From Candidatus Fraserbacteria bacterium (GTDB taxonomy: Bacteria > Bipolaricaulota > Bipolaricaulia > RBG-16-55-9), in assembly GCA_037443265.1 (NCBI GenBank), contig JBBIOR010000021.1, positions 1 to 18,898 of the forward strand: DNA of 18,898 nt, in the 5' to 3' direction. The position numbers and the translations under genes are program-made. Shown here in pieces: positions 14,962-18,898 of this stretch; position 1 is the first letter of the stretch; every line of letters begins with the position of its first letter. The notes under the pieces are model-generated. The model saw only the letters and a list, made by a program, of their open reading frames with translations, did no database searches and had not been told where the DNA came from.

Positions 14962-17177
14962 AGATCGAGCAATTCGTAGAAGAGCTTCAGCGCAGCCGTC
15001 GCAACTCCATCGCGTTGATAAAAAAGCTGCCTGAGATTCCTCCGCGCCATGCCTCGTTGAGCCGGCCGTTACCAGAGCCTCTCCGCGCCTATCTAGCTGA
15101 TCGAACGCTCTCGCTCTACACGCATCAAGCCGAGGCCATCGAGAGAGTCCGCGCGGGAGCCAACGTCGTCATCACCACCCCTACAGCCTCGGGCAAGACC
15201 CTGGCGTTCAATCTGGCGGTCTTCGAGGGATTGTTCGAGAATCCCCAGGCCACAGCTCTGTATATCTACCCTCTGAAGGCCCTCAGCCAGGATCAACTTC
15301 AGGCGATTCGCTCCCTTGAGGAGGGGACGGGCGTGCGCGTCGAGGCCGCCGTCTACGACGGAGATACGCCGCAGCATGTGCGCTCGCTCATCCGCGAGCA
15401 CTCCCGACTCATCTTGACGAATCCCTACGCGCTCCATCAGTATCTGCCCTGGCACCACAAGTGGAGGCGTTTCTTTAAAGATCTGCACTTCGTCGTCATC
15501 GATGAGGCCCATAGCTATCGTGGGGTCTTCGGCTCAAATGTAGCGCTCTTGATCCGGCGCCTGAGGCGCATCGTCGAGCATCATGGGGCCAAGCCACGCT
15601 TCATCCTCTCCTCAGCCACGATGGCCAATCCCAAGGAGCACAGCGAAAGGCTTGTGGGGCTCGATTTCGAAGTCATCTCGGAGAGCGGCGCGCCCCGCGG
15701 CCCCAAGTATTTCATCTTTTGGAACTCCGTGGCGGACGTGAATCACTCCGTCCATCGTCAGACGAGCGATCTTCTGGCTCAGCACATAAGATCCGGCTTC
15801 CAGACGCTCTGTTTTACGGTCTCCCGAAAGCTTGCTGAGCTCATTGCGCTCTGGGCCAAAGAGCAGGGATTGGGTGGGGAAATAGAGGCCTATCGAGCGG
15901 GCTATCGGCCGGAGGAGCGAAGGGCGATTGAAAGGGCGCTCAAACGGGGCGAACTGCGCGGGGTGGCCTCGACGACAGCCTTGGAGCTGGGCATCGACCT
16001 TGGAGGCCTCGATGCCGTGATCATCTCCGGCTATCCCGGGACGGTGATTTCGACGTGGCAGATGGCCGGACGCGCCGGGCGAGGTCGTGAGCCGGCCATC
16101 GTCACCCTGATTGCGTTTGAAAATCCTTTGGATCAATATTTCATGAAGCACCCCGAGAAGTTCTTTGAAAGGCCCCATGAGCACGCGATCATCGATCTGG
16201 AGAATCCGCACATTCTGCTGGGCCATACGATGTGCGCCGCGGCCGAGCTTCCCCTCCAACCTGAAGATGAAAGATTTTTGGGGGATGGCTTGCCTAAAGC
16301 GCTCAAGTCGCTCGAGCGGCAGGAGCTCATTCAAAAGACGCCTAAGGGCTGGGTCTATCGCGGCCTGGCCCGCCCGGCGGAAGTCGTCCGCCTGGAAAGC
16401 ATCTCGGAGAGAGCCGTTCAAGTGCTCAACGAGGGAGAAGTCTTGGAGACGCTGGACCTGCGCCGGGCTTATGAAGAAGCCCATCCGGGAGCGGTGCTCT
16501 TGCATCGCGGCGAGACGTATTTAGTAAAAGAGCTGGATCTTGTGGCGGGCGTGGCTCGTGCTGTCAAGGAAGACCTCGATTACTACACCGACGCGCTCCA
16601 GACCGTGGGCATCCGCGTGCGCAAGGAGATGCTCAAACGCGCCACAAAATGGGGGACGCTCTCGTTGGGGGATGTGAAAGTCGTGGAGCATTTTATCGCC
16701 TACAGAGTGAAGCGCTATGATCAGACGCTCGGACTCCATGAGCTGAACTTGCCCCCCTTGGAGTTCGAGACGACGGCGCTCTGGTTCACGCTGCCGGAAG
16801 AGTCTTCAAAGCGCGTGATGGCAGCCGGGCTGGACTGGGCGGGAGGCTTACACGCCGCAGAGCACGCGCTGATCGCCATGACTCCCTATCACGCCATGTG
16901 TGATCGCTGGGATATCGGAGGGCTCTCCACGCCGCTTCATCCCGACACCCAGCAAGCTACGATCTTCATCTATGACGGCTATCCGGGGGGAATTGGCATC
17001 GCTGAGAAGGCCTATGATCTCTTTGAGCGTCTGGCGGAAACGACTTATGAACTCGTGCGGGATTGTGAGTGTGAAGACGGCTGCCCGTCGTGCATCTACT
17101 CGCCCAAGTGCGGGAACAACAACGAGCCTCTGGACAGACGGGCAGCCGTGAAGATTCTAGAGGGCTTGCTCGACTGA
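14952..17177 (+). CDS. DEAH-box SF2 helicase with C-terminal DUF1998 metal-binding domain (YprA/MrfA/SftH/Hrq1 family)
   Basis: Q motif LYTHQAEA, motif I TPTASGKT, YPLKALSQDQ, VIDEAH, SAT, ALELGIDLG, QMAGRAGR, HPGAV, and DUF1998 motifs GGLHAAEHALI, IFIYDGYPGGIG, CECEDGCPSCIYSPKCGNNN. Confidence 0.93.
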   Translation: MSVKIEQFVEELQRSRRNSIALIKKLPEIPPRHASLSRPLPEPLRAYLADRTLSLYTHQAEAIERVRAGANVVITTPTASGKTLAFNLAVFEGLFENPQATALYIYPLKALSQDQLQAIRSLEEGTGVRVEAAVYDGDTPQHVRSLIREHSRLILTNPYALHQYLPWHHKWRRFFKDLHFVVIDEAHSYRGVFGSNVALLIRRLRRIVEHHGAKPRFILSSATMANPKEHSERLVGLDFEVISESGAPRGPKYFIFWNSVADVNHSVHRQTSDLLAQHIRSGFQTLCFTVSRKLAELIALWAKEQGLGGEIEAYRAGYRPEERRAIERALKRGELRGVASTTALELGIDLGGLDAVIISGYPGTVISTWQMAGRAGRGREPAIVTLIAFENPLDQYFMKHPEKFFERPHEHAIIDLENPHILLGHTMCAAAELPLQPEDERFLGDGLPKALKSLERQELIQKTPKGWVYRGLARPAEVVRLESISERAVQVLNEGEVLETLDLRRAYEEAHPGAVLLHRGETYLVKELDLVAGVARAVKEDLDYYTDALQTVGIRVRKEMLKRATKWGTLSLGDVKVVEHFIAYRVKRYDQTLGLHELNLPPLEFETTALWFTLPEESSKRVMAAGLDWAGGLHAAEHALIAMTPYHAMCDRWDIGGLSTPLHPDTQQATIFIYDGYPGGIGIAEKAYDLFERLAETTYELVRDCECEDGCPSCIYSPKCGNNNEPLDRRAAVKILEGLLD

Positions 17178-17182
17178 AAAAT

Positions 17183-17332
17183 TCAGTCGGAGTCCTCGTC
17201 TTCAGATTGGTCCTCGGGCTTCTTCTCTTTCTCGTCGCGGCTGGCGCTTGTCTCTTCTTTGGGTCTCTTTCGGAAGCCCTTGCCCTTGTAGACCACGCTT
17301 ATTCCCTTGGGCGGAGTCCAATTCTTAGACAT
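17183..17332 (-). CDS. Small 49-aa protein (MSKNWTPPKGISVVYKGKGFRKRPKEETSASRDEKEKKPEDQSEDEDSD), not in the ORF track
   Basis: ATG at 17332 to TGA at 17185-17183. SD AAGGAG/GAGTGAT just upstream and a dedicated promoter at 17411-17439. Fills the intergenic gap, with its stop 5 bp from the convergent helicase stop. Confidence 0.75.
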   Translation of the reverse strand: MSKNWTPPKGISVVYKGKGFRKRPKEETSASRDEKEKKPEDQSEDEDSD

Positions 17333-17410
17333 TCTTTATCACTCTCCTTCAATTTCTGATGCTTTCTTTAACGTCGGGATTTCTGCCGGATTCCCCTCGT
17401 GGGCGAGCAT

Positions 17411-17439
17411 AGTATATCACAGGGCTTCTTCGGGCTCAA
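17411..17439 (-). promoter_or_regulatory. sigma70 promoter with extended -10 for the small ORF
   Basis: Minus strand TTGAGC (17439-17434), 17-bp spacer, TATACT (17416-17411), preceded by TG (TGaTATACT). Confidence 0.75.
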
Positions 17440-17444
17440 GGGGG

Positions 17445-17869
17445 TTATGCCTCGATGACTCCGTCTTTGAGGTGGACGACGCGATCGGCGCGCTCCATGA
17501 TCTTGGGATCGTGCGTGCTCGTGCTGAAGATGAACGTGGTGCCCCGCTCACGGCTGAGATTGTGCATAAGATCAATGATGGTCTTGCCCGTCTGGGAATC
17601 GATATTGGCCGTGGGCTCATCCGCCAGAACGAGAGTCGGCTCCGTGATTAAAGCACGAGCGGAAACTCCACTCTTCCCGATGTGGGCTGGTCCAAGCAGC
17701 CGATCAGATTGAGCAGAGTCGTCTTGCCGCTCCCCGACGGCCCGGCAATGCACAAGAACTCCCCAGCGCGGACTTCTAAGCTGACCCCACGCAGGGCCAA
17801 GATCGTCGTCTTGCCCAATGGATACTCTTTCGTCACCTTCTCAACGCGGACGACGGGTCTTTCGCTCAT
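17445..17869 (-). pseudogene. LolD/MacB-family ABC ATPase with an internal deletion and frameshift
   Basis: The 5' part (MSERPVVRVEKVTKEY...GPSGSGKTTLLNLIGCLDQPTSGRVEF) joins out of frame near 17661 to the 3' part (ARALITEPTLVLADEPTANID...THDP...LKDG). The Q-loop and LSGG signature region are absent. Confidence 0.85.
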
Positions 17870-17870
17870 C

Positions 17871-18617
17871 TTAGCCCTGGCATAGCTGGATGTGATACTC
17901 CTCCGTGAAGATCTCATCGGGCAGATCTTCTTTGGTTTCCATGCTGAGGGTCGTCAAGATCGTCTTAGCCCCCTCTTCGATGGCGCTCTCCATGACGGCC
18001 TGCGACGGGCGGATTGCTCCAGCTAGCTCTTTAGGCTCCGAGTACGTCACCCATTTCAGAAGCTCTCCGGATGCGGTGTAGAACTCGGCTCGCAAAGGTA
18101 AAAACGTCTCGACTTCCACCCAATAGAGGACTTTCTCGTAGGCGATGCTCAGGTCTTTGGCGCGTAGCTCCAGCTCGTAGGCAGATTTTCCGCTGAGATC
18201 TTGCACACCCAGGAGCGTGGCAGTGTAATCGGCCGCCAAGTCCAGCCAGGCGATGTCTCCATATGAGAAGATTGTGCCTGCCAGCGGTCCTTGCGTCCCC
18301 ACGGGGAGAAACTCACAAACGTTGGGGAAGAAGATCTTCAGATCATGGCCGACGCGCAGAACTTTTTGGCCTCTTTGTTCTGCCGGGGCTAGAAATTCAA
18401 TCAGAGCCTTCTCAGGCCCCTCTCGGAAGACTTTCATCGCAAAACTTTGGGCCGTGCCGTCGGACCGGATGTTCTGCAACGTCGTCTCGGCGATGAAGAC
18501 CTCGGGATAAAGCACATCGAGCGCTTTTTGCAAGATCTCTTGAGCCGTCGGCTCCGTTTGGGCCTCGACAGGCGGCCAGAGCCATAAGACCAGCGCGATT
18601 AAAAGTCCCTTCTTCAT
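17871..18617 (-). CDS. Outer membrane lipoprotein-sorting protein family (LolA-like) exported protein
   Basis: Signal peptide MKKGLLIALVLWLWPPVEA, then TAQEILQKA, KALIEFLAPAEQRGQKVL, GTIFSYGDI, YELELRAK, YEKVLYWV, RAEFYTASGELLK and LPDEIFT. SD AAGGAGG favours ATG 18617. Confidence 0.82.
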   Translation of the reverse strand: MKKGLLIALVLWLWPPVEAQTEPTAQEILQKALDVLYPEVFIAETTLQNIRSDGTAQSFAMKVFREGPEKALIEFLAPAEQRGQKVLRVGHDLKIFFPNVCEFLPVGTQGPLAGTIFSYGDIAWLDLAADYTATLLGVQDLSGKSAYELELRAKDLSIAYEKVLYWVEVETFLPLRAEFYTASGELLKWVTYSEPKELAGAIRPSQAVMESAIEEGAKTILTTLSMETKEDLPDEIFTEEYHIQLCQG

Positions 18618-18643
18618 GAGCATTCCTCCTTGGCTGGCTTCAC

Positions 18644-18898
18644 TTACCCATGGCGCAGCGCCACCACCGGCTCCTGCTTGGAGGCCAAATACGCGGGATA
18701 AAGAGCGGCCAGGATCGAGACCAGCTGGGCGAACGCGAAGAGGATCCAGATCCAGATCCATGAGAACTCGGCATAGAGCACCGTTCCCAAAGGAGCAGAA
18801 ATGACGGAGCTGATGCTGCCCGGTGGCGAGATTCCCACCAGCGAAAAATACTTGACGAGGCCTCCGCCGATGAGAGCGCCTAAAGCTCCTCCGGCCGC
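18644..18898 (-). CDS. FtsX/LolE/MacB-family ABC permease, C-terminal part (5' end outside the window)
   Basis: Open frame from the window edge: AAGGALGALIGG...GISPPG...SILAALYPAYLASKQEPVVALRHG, the typical YPA..A....PV.ALR ending. Confidence 0.85.
   Translation of the reverse strand, partial: AAGGALGALIGGGLVKYFSLVGISPPGSISSVISAPLGTVLYAEFSWIWIWILFAFAQLVSILAALYPAYLASKQEPVVALRHG

Noticed and set aside
15612..16505. 297-aa antisense ORF, and similar long antisense ORFs (3673..4281, 5982..6674, 7753..8427, 8084..8803)
   Set aside because: They lie wholly opposite well-supported genes, show no recognisable motifs, and are expected in GC-rich coding DNA.
14952..17177. Anti-phage system (DISARM or Druantia) suggested by DUF1998
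   Set aside because: The fused helicase-DUF1998 of about 740 aa with a YprB-like partner matches the repair-type family. No methylase, PLD nuclease or other defence genes are adjacent.
17333..17405. Riboswitch in the leader of the small ORF
   Set aside because: Only short weak hairpins (GGGA/UCCC) and no recognisable consensus.
17090..17651. Plus-strand ORFs 17090..17359 (hydrophobic) and 17307..17651
   Set aside because: They are antisense shadows of the Lys/Glu-rich small ORF and the ATPase remnant, with no supporting SD or promoter.
17445..17869. Programmed frameshift or split-gene reading of the ABC ATPase
   Set aside because: Restoring the frame would still leave out the Q-loop and signature motif.
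1..18898. CRISPR arrays, tRNA/rRNA genes, IS elements, prophage genes and a taxonomic assignment
   Set aside because: No repeat-spacer pattern, cloverleaf or mobile-element protein was seen, and intergenic gaps are short. Taxonomy cannot be established without a database search.

Overview
An 18.9-kb, GC-rich, gene-dense bacterial chromosomal segment made mostly of housekeeping and transport genes. No tRNA, rRNA, CRISPR array, transposase, integrase or phage gene was seen. In order: (1) a general L-amino acid ABC importer, aapJQMP/bztABCD type (minus); (2) a CDF metal exporter followed by an ABC-2 exporter ATPase and permease (minus); (3) a plus-strand run of FTCD_C/FchA-like cyclodeaminase, suhB, asnS, rpsF-ssb-rpsR and a TerC-family gene; (4) an MFS transporter plus a membrane-anchored hypothetical protein (minus); (5) an HhH-DEDDh exonuclease (YprB/MrfB-like) coupled to a DUF1998 DEAH helicase (YprA/MrfA/Hrq1-like); (6) a 49-aa gene missed by the ORF track; (7) the end of a LolCDE/MacB-like ABC operon with a LolA-like protein and an internally deleted ATPase. 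Several near-consensus sigma70 promoters can be read directly. The most notable points are that rpsF appears to need a CTG start codon, the 49-aa gene has its own promoter and RBS and resembles the tail of FmdB-type proteins without the zinc ribbon, and the MFS operon has a self-complementary 5' leader of about 90 nt. I cannot show a wholly new multi-gene system from sequence alone; the findings are testable candidates.
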